NCBI GenBank assembly: GCA_934636425.1
Contig: CAKUAV010000001.1
Span: forward strand, 6,072 to 70,071
Direction: 5' to 3'
Length of the DNA stretch: 64,000 bases
DNA from: an uncultured Clostridia bacterium
GTDB lineage: Bacteria; Bacillota; Clostridia; Christensenellales; Aristaeellaceae
How positions within the stretch are numbered: position 1 is the first letter of the stretch; each line of letters starts with the position of its first letter. Below, piece after piece: positions 38,326-47,418 of the stretch. The position numbers were made by a program, and so were the translations under genes. The notes below the pieces were generated by a model that was not told where the DNA came from, did no database searches, and saw only the letters and a list, made by a program, of their open reading frames with translations.

Positions 38326-39288
38326 TCACGCCCCTTCGCCGGACTCGACCGGCGCGGCGATCTGAGAAAGCGCCTCGCGCACGACCTCCTCGCTCTTCGC
38401 GCTTCGCCCGTAAAGGCCGCCCAGTATGATGCGGTGCGCCAGCACGGGCACAGAAAGCGCCTTCACGTCGTCGGGCGTGACGAAATCGCGGCCGTGCATC
38501 GCCGCCCAGCTCTGGCAGGCGCGCAGAAGCGCCAAAAGGCCGCGCGGGCTCACGCCGGTCTGCACCTCGGGCAGCTCGCGCGTCTTTTCAACCAGCGCCA
38601 CCATATAGCGCTTCACGGGCTCGCTCACATGAACAGAGCCGATCAGCCCCTGCGCCGCGCGGATGTCCTCGCCCGCCGCGCACGGCGTGAGTGTCTCCAG
38701 CGGATTGTTCCGTATGAAGCGGTCGAGTATCGCCAGCGCCTCGTCGGTGTCGGGATAGCCGGGACGCAGCTTCATCAGGAAGCGGTCGAGCTGCGCCTCG
38801 GGCAGCGGGAACGTGCCCTGCGTCTCCACGGGGTTCTGCGTCGCCACCACCAGAAACGGCTCGTCCAGCGCGCGGGTCACGCCGCTTTCGGTCACCTGCC
38901 GCTCCTCCATGCACTCGAGCAGCGCCGACTGCGTGCGCGGCGTGGCGCGGTTGATCTCGTCGGCCAGCAATATGTTTGTGAACACCGGGCCAGGCTTGAA
39001 TTCAAAGTTTTCCGTGCGCGCGTTGAATATGCTCAGTCCGGTCACGTCGGAGGGCAGCAGATCGGGCGTAAACTGTATGCGCGAAAAGGCGCAGTCCAGC
39101 GATTTGGCCAGCGATTTGGCCATGACCGTCTTGCCGGTGCCCGGCACGTCCTCGAGCAGCACATGGCCGCGCGCAATCATCGCGCACAGCATCAGCTCGA
39201 CCGTGTCGCTCTTTCCCACGATGACCTTCTGAATTCTCTCCCGCACGTTGTCGGCCAGCACCCGAATGTCCTTGAGTTCCATAGGCAT
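38326..39288 (-). CDS. MoxR family AAA+ ATPase
   Basis: Walker A is LLEDVPGTGKT and Walker B is LLADEINRATPRTQSALLE. Length is 320 aa. RBS AAGGAGAG is present. Confidence 0.93.
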   Translation of the reverse strand: MPMELKDIRVLADNVRERIQKVIVGKSDTVELMLCAMIARGHVLLEDVPGTGKTVMAKSLAKSLDCAFSRIQFTPDLLPSDVTGLSIFNARTENFEFKPGPVFTNILLADEINRATPRTQSALLECMEERQVTESGVTRALDEPFLVVATQNPVETQGTFPLPEAQLDRFLMKLRPGYPDTDEALAILDRFIRNNPLETLTPCAAGEDIRAAQGLIGSVHVSEPVKRYMVALVEKTRELPEVQTGVSPRGLLALLRACQSWAAMHGRDFVTPDDVKALSVPVLAHRIILGGLYGRSAKSEEVVREALSQIAAPVESGEGA

Positions 39289-39332
39289 TTTCTCTCCTTA
39301 TATGTTCACTTTTCGTTTGATTTGCCGCTTCG

Positions 39333-40745
39333 TCAGCCCTGTCCGCCCACCAGCTCGACCGCCTCGGCCAGACATTTCGCCGCCAGCGTCGCGGCCAGAT
39401 CGCCGCCCGCGCCGGCCTGCTCCAGCACCACGGCCACCGCGTAGGGGCAGCTCGCATCCTGAATATAGCCCACGAACCACGCGTTCGTGCTGACCGACTT
39501 GTCGTTGCTCGTCTCGGCCGAGCCGGTCTTGCCGCACACGGTGTAGCCCGACACGCGCGCCTTTTTGCCGGTGCCGTTCTCGACGGTCTCGCGCATATAC
39601 TCGCCCACGATTTTCGCCGTCGCCTCGCTCATGACGCGCTTGTATGCGCCGCCCGACGCGCGCAGCCGCGGTATGCCCGCCGCGCCGGTGATCTGCCGAA
39701 CCAGCTTCGGCTCCATCATCACGCCGCCATTGGCCACGCCGGAGGCGATCATAGCCATGTGCAATGGGGTCACCAGCACGCGGCCCTGCCCCACGCCCGA
39801 CCACGCCAGCTCGTTGACCGAGGAAATGTCTCCGGGATAGCTGGAGTTGTACAGCACCAGATCAGAGAAGGAAAAATTGTCGTTGAAGCCGAAATTCTCG
39901 GCGACCGACTGCATATTGCTCTTGCCCAGCTCATAGCTCAGCTCGGCGAATGTCACGTTGCAGCTCTGCGCAAAGGCCGATTTGAGATCAATTTCGCCGT
40001 GCGCCTTTCGGCCGCTCAGGCAGGTGACCGCCCCGCCGCCGAAATCCTGAGAGCCGGTGCAGACGAACGTGCGGTTGAGCAGCCCGGGCAGATTGTCCAG
40101 CGCCGCGGTCAGCGTCACGATCTTGAACACCGAGCCGGGGGTATAGAGCCCCTGCAGGCAGCGGTTGAGATACGCCGTGTCGGCCACGCTCGTGCCCAGC
40201 CCCGCCGGATCGTATTCGGGCATGGACACCATGGCGAGAACCTCGCCGGTCTTGTAGTTCATGACAACCGCAGCGCCGTTATAGCCCGAGGGGAAGGAGC
40301 GCGCGATCACGCCCGAGAGCTGCGCGTCTATTGTCAGCTGAATGTCGTCGCCGCGCGTGGTCTCTCCGCTCAGCCACGACCACGTGCGGTCTATGATCGA
40401 GCCGGACATACCCACCAGCGCACTGGCGAAGAATGTCTGCACGCCCGTGCCGGACATGCTCATTGTGTCGCCCACAGTCTGCGAGACGGCGAGGCGGATC
40501 GACATGTCGGAGGAATACTGCCGCTCGCCCGCCGCGTCCGTATAGGCCAGCACATAGCCGTCGCGGTCGGTGATCGAGCCCATGGCGACGGTCTTTTTCG
40601 CGTTGTTGAGGCGCGTGTTGTAGCCGCTCATCGCCCAGCGCGAGCCCTGCGTGAACGCCGTATAGCCGAACCAGCCGCCGGTGCCTATGAACAGGCACAG
40701 TATCAGCGTGCCGATCAGGCGCATATTTCGTCTGATTTCCTTCAT
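39333..40745 (-). CDS. class B penicillin-binding protein (peptidoglycan D,D-transpeptidase, PbpA/MrdA-like)
   Basis: There is an N-terminal TM anchor. The three PBP motifs are present: SVFK (SxxK), SCN (SxN) and KTGS (KTG). Confidence 0.9.
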   Translation of the reverse strand: MKEIRRNMRLIGTLILCLFIGTGGWFGYTAFTQGSRWAMSGYNTRLNNAKKTVAMGSITDRDGYVLAYTDAAGERQYSSDMSIRLAVSQTVGDTMSMSGTGVQTFFASALVGMSGSIIDRTWSWLSGETTRGDDIQLTIDAQLSGVIARSFPSGYNGAAVVMNYKTGEVLAMVSMPEYDPAGLGTSVADTAYLNRCLQGLYTPGSVFKIVTLTAALDNLPGLLNRTFVCTGSQDFGGGAVTCLSGRKAHGEIDLKSAFAQSCNVTFAELSYELGKSNMQSVAENFGFNDNFSFSDLVLYNSSYPGDISSVNELAWSGVGQGRVLVTPLHMAMIASGVANGGVMMEPKLVRQITGAAGIPRLRASGGAYKRVMSEATAKIVGEYMRETVENGTGKKARVSGYTVCGKTGSAETSNDKSVSTNAWFVGYIQDASCPYAVAVVLEQAGAGGDLAATLAAKCLAEAVELVGGQG

Positions 40746-42043
40746 GCCGCGTCAGCCTCCTGCCTTTCGGCGCGCTCCACGTCGTCGGCGTCCTGATCGG
40801 CGTTGAGCGAGGATATGCCCAGCAAGAGGCCAATCCCGCCCATGCAGCTCACCATGGACGAGCCGCCCGCGGCGATCAGGGGCAGCGTCACGCCGGTCAG
40901 CGGGATCAATCGGATGTTGCCGCCCACGATCAGCAGCGTCTGAAGCCCCAGCATGGTCACAATGCCGAACGCCAGGAGCGCGTGAAAGCCGTCCCGGCAG
41001 CTCATGGCGATCGACACGCCCCGCATCACAATCAGCACATACACGGCCAGAAGGCAGATCGCAAAGAGATAGCCGAACTGCTCGCAGATGGCCGCGAACA
41101 CGAAATCCGAATGATACAGCGGAATCACGCGCGGCATGCCCAGCCCCAATCCCATGCCGAACAGCCCGCCGCTGCCTATGGCGATCAGCGACTGTATGAT
41201 CTGATAGCCGCTGTGCTCATAGTCCGCCCAGGGATTGCGCCAGGCGACCACGCGCCGCCGCACGTGCGCGAACATATAATACGCCCCGACCGAGCCCGTC
41301 GCGCCCGCAGCCAGACCAAGAAGCGATACAAACGCATTGCTCGTGGCGAGGAAGTACAGTATCACCGTCAGGAAGAAATAGAGCAGCAGCGCGCCCAGAT
41401 CGCGCTCGAGCAGCAGTATGCCGCACAACAGCGCGCCGAATATGATCGCCGCGATCTTCATCGCCCGGCTCTGCCGCTCGGACAGGCAGGAGGCCAGCAC
41501 AACCGCCAGCGACAGCTTGACAAACTCGGAGGGCTGAACGGTCAGCGAGTTCGGCCTGATCGTGATCCAGTTCTTCGCGCCGTCGTGCCAGTCGCCGATG
41601 AGCAGCGGCAGCGCGATGAAGCCCAGCGAGCAGAACATGAAGAACACCTTCCAGCGCCCCCACTTCTTGAAGTGGCGCATGAACACAATGCCCGCGAGCA
41701 TCGCCACAAGCCCCGCGGCGATGTATATCGCCTGATTGCGCGGCGTGATGGGCGAGCGCGCGATGGCGGTGAGCGTGATCACGCTCACAGAGCAGAGAAA
41801 CAGCGTGAGCGTCAGTATCAGCGTGTCGATCCTCCAGATTTTGGGCAGCAGCTTGACCAGCAGCACCGTCACGGCGGGCATGATTCCCGCCAGATACAGC
41901 GCCTGCATATCGATCTCGCCGTCCTTTAAGGAGAGCAGCACCATCGCCGAGAGCTGAAACAGCACGATGATGTATAAGAGAAACGACACGTTCGCGCGCT
42001 TGAGCGAGCGGCGCATGGTCTCTACGGATATTCGCTTTGCCAT
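40742..42043 (-). CDS. FtsW/RodA/SpoVE family peptidoglycan glycosyltransferase
   Basis: The ~10-TM profile and the conserved C-terminal region (SDFVFAAICEQFGY...GVTLPLIAAGGSSM) fit this family. I chose the ATG at 42043, directly after the FHA gene stop. The 3' end overlaps the PBP start. Confidence 0.9.
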   Translation of the reverse strand: MAKRISVETMRRSLKRANVSFLLYIIVLFQLSAMVLLSLKDGEIDMQALYLAGIMPAVTVLLVKLLPKIWRIDTLILTLTLFLCSVSVITLTAIARSPITPRNQAIYIAAGLVAMLAGIVFMRHFKKWGRWKVFFMFCSLGFIALPLLIGDWHDGAKNWITIRPNSLTVQPSEFVKLSLAVVLASCLSERQSRAMKIAAIIFGALLCGILLLERDLGALLLYFFLTVILYFLATSNAFVSLLGLAAGATGSVGAYYMFAHVRRRVVAWRNPWADYEHSGYQIIQSLIAIGSGGLFGMGLGLGMPRVIPLYHSDFVFAAICEQFGYLFAICLLAVYVLIVMRGVSIAMSCRDGFHALLAFGIVTMLGLQTLLIVGGNIRLIPLTGVTLPLIAAGGSSMVSCMGGIGLLLGISSLNADQDADDVERAERQEADAA

Positions 42044-42047
42044 TTTA

Positions 42048-42605
42048 TTACTCCCATACGTCCTCAAATTCGTCGTCCGAAACATCCTCAGGCAGCACCT
42101 GAGCCACCTTCGGCTGAGCCGCGCCGTTTTCATCGATCGCCGCGTCCTCAGCGTTGAAGAACACCAGCATCATTTTCAGCGCGCCGATTTCCAGCGTGTC
42201 GCCGTCGCGCAGTATGCACTCGCCCGCCTTGCTGACCGGGGATGTGAAGGGCGCGCCGTCGATGGCGTGCAGCACCATCTCGCCTGGGCGATAGGTCATG
42301 AATATATGCCGCTTTCTCACCGCGCGCGAGTGTATGCGCACGTCGGCCGTGCGGCCTGAGCCTATGACCGCCTCCGCGCCGAACTGATAGCATTCGGGCT
42401 TTTTGTTCTTCTTTTTCTTCGCGCCGTCGTCCAGCAGCACCAGCTCGCCCACGCAGCCCGCGCCGTGAGCCTGATAGCGCAGTATCCGCGCGCGCCGGTT
42501 GTCCGTGACGCACGCCCGCCAGCCGTAAAACGCCACCAGCACCGCCAGAAGCGCGAACCAGTAGCGCGCCGCATAGGCGATCAGCTCGTATAAATCCCCG
42601 CTCAT
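42048..42605 (-). CDS. FHA domain-containing membrane-anchored protein (FhaB-like)
   Basis: There is an N-terminal TM helix. The C-terminal FHA pattern is VIGSGRTADVRIHSRAVRKRH..., ending LRDGDTLEIG. Confidence 0.85.
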   Translation of the reverse strand: MSGDLYELIAYAARYWFALLAVLVAFYGWRACVTDNRRARILRYQAHGAGCVGELVLLDDGAKKKKNKKPECYQFGAEAVIGSGRTADVRIHSRAVRKRHIFMTYRPGEMVLHAIDGAPFTSPVSKAGECILRDGDTLEIGALKMMLVFFNAEDAAIDENGAAQPKVAQVLPEDVSDDEFEDVWE

Positions 42606-42861
42606 ATCCGCTCACCTCCCGCCGCGCCCACGGGCGCGTTCGTCAAAAAAGCGTTTTCCGCTCTGTTCCAGGATATATTCAGCCGCGGCCGGCATTTCAG
42701 CGCCGCGAAGGGCCGCAGGCATCCCGCCGCGCCCTGCTTTAATTGGACAGCCCCGCGCGCACGGTTTGTTCCCGCGCACGGACATGATTCCATAGTATTT
42801 AGCATAGCACAGCAGTATGTCCTCAATGTTAAAAATCGCGTTCCCCGCGCCGCTTCGTTCA

Positions 42862-42913
42862 ATTTTTTGCATGAAAACGCCCGCCAGAGCGCATAAAGAG
42901 CCTTGGCGGGCGT
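42862..42913 (-). terminator. Rho-independent terminator after the heparinase-like gene
   Basis: Perfect 10-bp stem ACGCCCGCCA / TGGCGGGCGT. It is followed on the minus strand by TTTTCATGCAAAAAATTG. Confidence 0.75.
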
Positions 42914-42927
42914 ATCGTTATGCGGTT

Positions 42928-45201
42928 TTACTTTTTGACGAGCGTCAATCGGGTGGTCAGTTTATGCGCCTTATTCGCCGCGCTGCGCAGCGCAATGCGG
43001 TTGACCGCCCGCTCTGTGCTGTCCACGCCGAACGGCGCGCAGACGACCTCCGGCCGCCAGCCCACAGCCTCTATGAGGAGATCGGCCTTCTCGCCATGGA
43101 TTACCGCGCCGTTTTCCATGCGCTCGCAGGGACAAAGCGTATGAAACAGCACGTCGGCGGGCGCGTCCTCGCTCAGGAGCAGCTCGTCCGCAATCGTGAA
43201 TATCTCGGGAACGCCGCTCTCGACTTTGCGAATATCCCTGAGTATGCGCCCATCGTTCCACGCTCTGGTCACATCGCCCTCCGCCGCGAACGCGCCGTTT
43301 TCATACTGTGCGCTCACGAGGCGCGCGCCGTCGCGCGTGGGCTTCTGGCGGGGCCGCGCGCCGCTCAGCGCGGGCATGAGCAGATTGTGGTATTCGGGCA
43401 TGCCGCACAGAAGCGAATCCGAATGCGCGTAGTCCAGCACGCCGCGATCGATCAGCAGCTCCTCGCCCGCCGCCTCCAGCACGACGCTGCCCTTGTCCAT
43501 GTGATAGTGCCCCACGTCGGCCAGCCCGGTGAAAAAGCTCAGGCTGGTGCGGCCGAAATCATCGCTCCTTCGGATGATGCGCGTCTGCCCGATGTCCGGG
43601 AAGTCGAAGAAGCCCTCCTGAACGAACGGCTCGGGCGCGGGCAGGCTGTCGGGCATGATGATGAACAGATAGGGCGTGCCCGATGTGTGCTGAAGGTTGA
43701 TCGCGGCCAGACGCAGATAAGTCTGATCGCCGGTGAGGGCATAGAACGAAGCCATGAGATCGGCGGAATAGCGCGTGCCCTGATGCGCGTCGTTCAGGCT
43801 GATGGCCGCCGCGCCGTCGCCGGTGTCCGAGAGCAGCGAGAGCGCATAGCGGCCGGTCTTCTCCAGCGCGGGCGTGAGCATGCTGCCGAACGGCTTTTTG
43901 TGGAAGCGGGAGAGCAGATAGAGTATCGGCATGACCTGGCCGAACGTGTAGCTCCAGTAGGACGGGCCCTCGGGCGTGCCGCCGTCGGCCATGATGTAAT
44001 TGCCGATCATTTCCTTCAGATCGCGCTCGGCCTCGAGCACCTGCGCGCCGTAGCGGGGATAGAAGTGCGCGCACGCCATCAGGCCGAACACGCGGCCGCT
44101 GCTGAACACGATGCCCTGATTCATGCCGCGGATGTACTCCTGCCGCTTGAAATCGGACTCAATGCGGGGCAGCCCCTTCATGGCGATCGCGTCCACCAGA
44201 ATCTCGCGGGCATAGGGGGTCAAAAAGCCGCCCGCCCAGTCGAGCACCTGCGCGCAGCCGCGGCAGTACACCTCCTCCGTAAAGGAGCGGTGGTGCCAGC
44301 CGCAGCCGGGCAGCGCGCCCATAATGCTCTCCGTCCAGTATTCGCAGTGGGCGGCGCTCAGCGCCATGCGTACGGCCATTTTCATCATGTCGGCGCGCTT
44401 TTCGATCAGTCCGGCGAATGCCAGCGCGCCCATCTGATAGGATGTGTCCTTCTTTCCCATGTCGCGCTTGCCCGTCCAGCGGCTGTCGGGATGCGGAATG
44501 TAGGTGCCGATGTCCTTTTCCGGCTCCCATGCAAGGTATTCCTCGGTCTTTTTGAGGAACGCGTCGTAGAGCGGCTTGAGCGCGCCGGCATGAACGCGCG
44601 CGCGGAGCGCTTCCACATCCTCCCTGCCGAACATGATGCCGATCTGCGGCTCAAATGCACCCTCCTCGACCAGCATATCCGGCCAGTCGGGCGTAAAGAC
44701 GCTCTTGCGCGCTTCCATTTCGGCCTGCCGCCGCGCGTTTGAAAGCCCCAGCCAGAGATACTGCGCGCCGCAGTCCTTCTCGCCGTCGCTCTCGAGCATG
44801 AGCGTGAGCGCCTCGAGCCTGCGGCCATGGATGGGATAATCGCGCTCCACCGTCGCGTCCGGGCCGCTTTCGCGGTCGCAAAGCGTCGTCCACGCGCCGT
44901 CGATCTTGGCGCGTATGGTCTGACAGACGCAGGCCGCCGCCGTGCCGAACACGCGGAATATGTCGAAATCGGAAATGTCCAGATCGCACGCGCGCGTCAT
45001 TTCCACGCTGCGCCTTGCCCCGGCGTGCATGAACACGCGCACGCCGCACCAGTCCTGCTCGGCGGTCACCGCGTCGGGATCGGAGCGCTTTATGTCGTAA
45101 TGGATCAATTGCGAGATTCTGTTGTGCGGGCGGCTGCTGTCGCTGCCGTCGAAAAAGGGCTCGATGATGGCCTCGGCATAGTTGATTCTCTGAAGTCTCA
45201 T
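42928..45201 (-). CDS. heparinase II/III-like family protein (polysaccharide lyase-like)
   Basis: In this 757-aa protein, the C-terminal third carries the motif HYHMDKGSVVLEAAGEELLIDRGVLDY, characteristic of Hepar_II_III domains. The upstream region looks like an alpha/alpha toroid. Confidence 0.75.
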   Translation of the reverse strand: MRLQRINYAEAIIEPFFDGSDSSRPHNRISQLIHYDIKRSDPDAVTAEQDWCGVRVFMHAGARRSVEMTRACDLDISDFDIFRVFGTAAACVCQTIRAKIDGAWTTLCDRESGPDATVERDYPIHGRRLEALTLMLESDGEKDCGAQYLWLGLSNARRQAEMEARKSVFTPDWPDMLVEEGAFEPQIGIMFGREDVEALRARVHAGALKPLYDAFLKKTEEYLAWEPEKDIGTYIPHPDSRWTGKRDMGKKDTSYQMGALAFAGLIEKRADMMKMAVRMALSAAHCEYWTESIMGALPGCGWHHRSFTEEVYCRGCAQVLDWAGGFLTPYAREILVDAIAMKGLPRIESDFKRQEYIRGMNQGIVFSSGRVFGLMACAHFYPRYGAQVLEAERDLKEMIGNYIMADGGTPEGPSYWSYTFGQVMPILYLLSRFHKKPFGSMLTPALEKTGRYALSLLSDTGDGAAAISLNDAHQGTRYSADLMASFYALTGDQTYLRLAAINLQHTSGTPYLFIIMPDSLPAPEPFVQEGFFDFPDIGQTRIIRRSDDFGRTSLSFFTGLADVGHYHMDKGSVVLEAAGEELLIDRGVLDYAHSDSLLCGMPEYHNLLMPALSGARPRQKPTRDGARLVSAQYENGAFAAEGDVTRAWNDGRILRDIRKVESGVPEIFTIADELLLSEDAPADVLFHTLCPCERMENGAVIHGEKADLLIEAVGWRPEVVCAPFGVDSTERAVNRIALRSAANKAHKLTTRLTLVKK

Positions 45202-45341
45202 GTCTGTTTCCGCCTTTCCGCGCCCTCCTCATGGCGGCGCGCTTTCATATCGCATGGGCAGTATCCAGAATCCGGCATTATTATATCACGCAAAGAATGG
45301 GATTTCAACTCGAAATTATCTCAAAAAATTTACGATTGGCC

Positions 45342-45371
45342 TGTACAGACCGCCTCATGCCATGCTATAAT
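45342..45371 (+). promoter_or_regulatory. candidate promoter with an extended -10 for the CNNM gene
   Basis: TGTACA, about 18 nt of spacer and TGcTATAAT (TATAAT at 45366-45371) lie about 38 nt upstream of the ATG at 45409. Confidence 0.55.
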
Positions 45372-45408
45372 AAACTGTATTATTTTATACGACCGAACTT
45401 TAGGAGGA

Positions 45409-46833
45409 ATGATCTTGGATGCCGTTCCCTTGTGGCCGACGCTGATCTGGCCGCTCTGTCTGATTGCGCTCACGCTGCTGCTGACTCTGATGGAAACCGC
45501 CGCCGATTCGCTCAGCGAAGCCCGGCTTGAACATTTGGCCGACGAGGGAGAGAGCAAGGCGCGCTCCATACTCAAGCGGCTGGACGACTGCGCGGGTCTC
45601 GGCGAGGGCATACAGTGCGCCCGCCACATGACGCTGCTGCTGCTGGGCTTCCTCAGCGGCATGTACATGAGCCGCCCGCTCTCGAACGCGCTGATCGCGC
45701 TGCCCGCCATGAAGGGCGCGCCCGATGCGCTGATCCACGCGCTGTGCCTGATCGTCGTGCTGATCGTGCTCTACACGCTCGTGCGGCTGATCTGCATCGA
45801 GTGGGCGCGCCGCATCGCCAATATGCACGTCGATGCGCTGATTCTCTCGCTGTTTGAGCCGATGATGTTCGTGCGCCGGCTGTTTCGGCCGATGACCGCG
45901 CTCACCGGCGCCGCGGCCGGACTGCTGATCCGCATGAGCGGCGCCGATCCCAGACGGGCGGAGGAGAACGTCACTGAGGACGAAATCCTCGCCATGGTGG
46001 ATATGGGCGAGGAAAAGGGCGCGATCGAGAGCAGCGAAAAGGAGCTGATCGAAAACGTCCTCGAGTTCAACAACACCACCGCCGAGGACTGCATGATCCA
46101 CCGCACCGACGTGACCGCCGTGGACGTGGACACCAGCGAGGAGGAATTCGTCGATCTGGTGCGCGAAACCGGCTTTTCGCGATTCCCTGTGTACGAGGAC
46201 GACATCGACTCCATCATCGGCATACTGACCACGCGCGACTATCTGCTCAACGCGCGCCGTCCCCAGGGCGAGCGCAAGACCATACGCGAGCTGCTGCGCC
46301 CGGCCTACTTCATCCCCGAATCGGTGCGCGCCGACGTGCTCTTCCGCGAAATGCAGAGCCGCAAGAGCCACATGGCCATCGTCGTGGACGAATACGGCGG
46401 CACAAGCGGACTGATCACGCTCGAGGATCTGCTCGAGGAGCTGGTGGGCAACATCTACGACGAGTTCGACCCGCAGGCCAAGGCCGACATCATTCCCCAG
46501 AGCGACGGCACATGGCGCGTCAACGGCTCGGTCGAGCTGGAGCGGCTGTGCGAGACCATCGGCATCGAGGAGATCGAATCGGACGAATTCGACACGCTGG
46601 GCGGGCTGATCTTCAGCCAGCTGACCGCCATCCCCGAGGACGGCAGCCATCCCGAGGTGGACTGCTTCGGGCTGCATATCCGCGTGGAGGAGCTGACCGA
46701 TCACCGCGTCGAATGGGCGACCGTCTCCCGGCTGGAGGAAGACCCGGACGAGGACGACGAGAAAGACGAAAAAAGCGATAAGCCCGAGAAGAAAACCGAC
46801 AAAAAGCCTGAAAAGAACAAAAAGGACGAATGA
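45409..46833 (+). CDS. CNNM/DUF21-CBS-CorC_HlyC family (hemolysin-like) divalent-cation transport protein
   Basis: RBS TAGGAGGA is present. The architecture is an N-terminal 4-TM DUF21 domain, a CBS pair (IHRTDV...FSRFPVY... / MAIVVDEYGGTSGLITLEDLLEELVG) and a C-terminal CorC_HlyC domain. The C-terminal tail is Asp/Lys-rich. Confidence 0.9.
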   Translation: MILDAVPLWPTLIWPLCLIALTLLLTLMETAADSLSEARLEHLADEGESKARSILKRLDDCAGLGEGIQCARHMTLLLLGFLSGMYMSRPLSNALIALPAMKGAPDALIHALCLIVVLIVLYTLVRLICIEWARRIANMHVDALILSLFEPMMFVRRLFRPMTALTGAAAGLLIRMSGADPRRAEENVTEDEILAMVDMGEEKGAIESSEKELIENVLEFNNTTAEDCMIHRTDVTAVDVDTSEEEFVDLVRETGFSRFPVYEDDIDSIIGILTTRDYLLNARRPQGERKTIRELLRPAYFIPESVRADVLFREMQSRKSHMAIVVDEYGGTSGLITLEDLLEELVGNIYDEFDPQAKADIIPQSDGTWRVNGSVELERLCETIGIEEIESDEFDTLGGLIFSQLTAIPEDGSHPEVDCFGLHIRVEELTDHRVEWATVSRLEEDPDEDDEKDEKSDKPEKKTDKKPEKNKKDE

Positions 46834-46839
46834 TCCGTT

Positions 46840-46877
46840 ATCCCGCCTGACGAGCGCGCCGGGCGGGATTTTTTTAT
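46840..46877 (+). terminator. Rho-independent terminator after the CNNM gene
   Basis: Stem ATCCCGCC / GGCGGGAT is followed by TTTTTTTATTG. Confidence 0.85.
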
Positions 46878-47049
46878 TGCGCCCGTGCCCTCGGCGTGGT
46901 ATGATAGGGACGATTCAAACGCTCGCCCTCATCCCCTGCGCAGAACGGCGCCGGTTTTGCCGCGTCCCGCGAGGGAAAGGCCGCGCCGCGGACAGCCCGC
47001 AAAATCGGAATGCGCGGCGCTCGAATCTCCAGTGGCCGGCGCGTTTTTC

Positions 47050-47081
47050 TGTGAAAAGCAAAGCCGCGTCTCACCGCGGCA
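47050..47081 (-). terminator. hairpin plus U-tract at the 3' end of the inverted element copy (also the left copy of a 20-bp direct repeat, 47062-47081)
   Basis: Minus strand reads GCCGCG-GTGAGA-CGCGGC, followed by TTTGCTTTTCACAG. The 20-mer AGCCGCGTCTCACCGCGGCA is repeated exactly at 47281-47300. Confidence 0.7.
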
Positions 47082-47280
47082 CAGACTGCCGAAAAACCTT
47101 CGAAGAACTGAGCGGATCGAAACCCTCTCGAATTTTCAATCGTACCCGGCGGCGTGTACGGGGAATGCAGGACGATTTTTGAGGCGGAAACTCCCATTTC
47201 CAGAGTAAAAACTGGAGAGAGGGGGCACGGCAGGGAGCTTGCATACCCCTTCACCAGCTTGTTAAGACATTTTTTGTCTG
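47082..47280 (-). repeat. 199-bp dispersed intergenic element, inverted relative to the 7.5-kb copy
   Basis: The reverse complement aligns end to end with 7483-7680. Shared segments include GTCTTAACAAGCTGGTGAA, CTCCAGTTTTTACTCTGGAAATGGGA, GCCGCCGGGTACGATTGAAAATTCGAGAGGGTTTCG and TTTTCGGCAGTCTG. Confidence 0.8.
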
Positions 47281-47300
47281 AGCCGCGTCTCACCGCGGCA
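47281..47300. repeat. right copy of the 20-bp direct repeat (hairpin) flanking the element
   Basis: AGCCGCGTCTCACCGCGGCA is identical 20/20 to 47062-47081. Confidence 0.95.
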
Positions 47301-47418
47301 AGTCGCCCGTTCAGCAGCGCCGAATCCGAGAAAAGGCGTTTCAATCACCGTTCCGACTGTGTTTCAAACCTGCGCTTTATCGGCGCAGACTTTTCTTCAC
47401 ACGAAAGGAGAGCACATC

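Noticed and set aside
47105-47130. tRNA T-arm-like string GCGGATCGAAACCCTC.
   Set aside because: I could not build an acceptor stem, anticodon arm or D-arm around it. It is part of the repeat element core.
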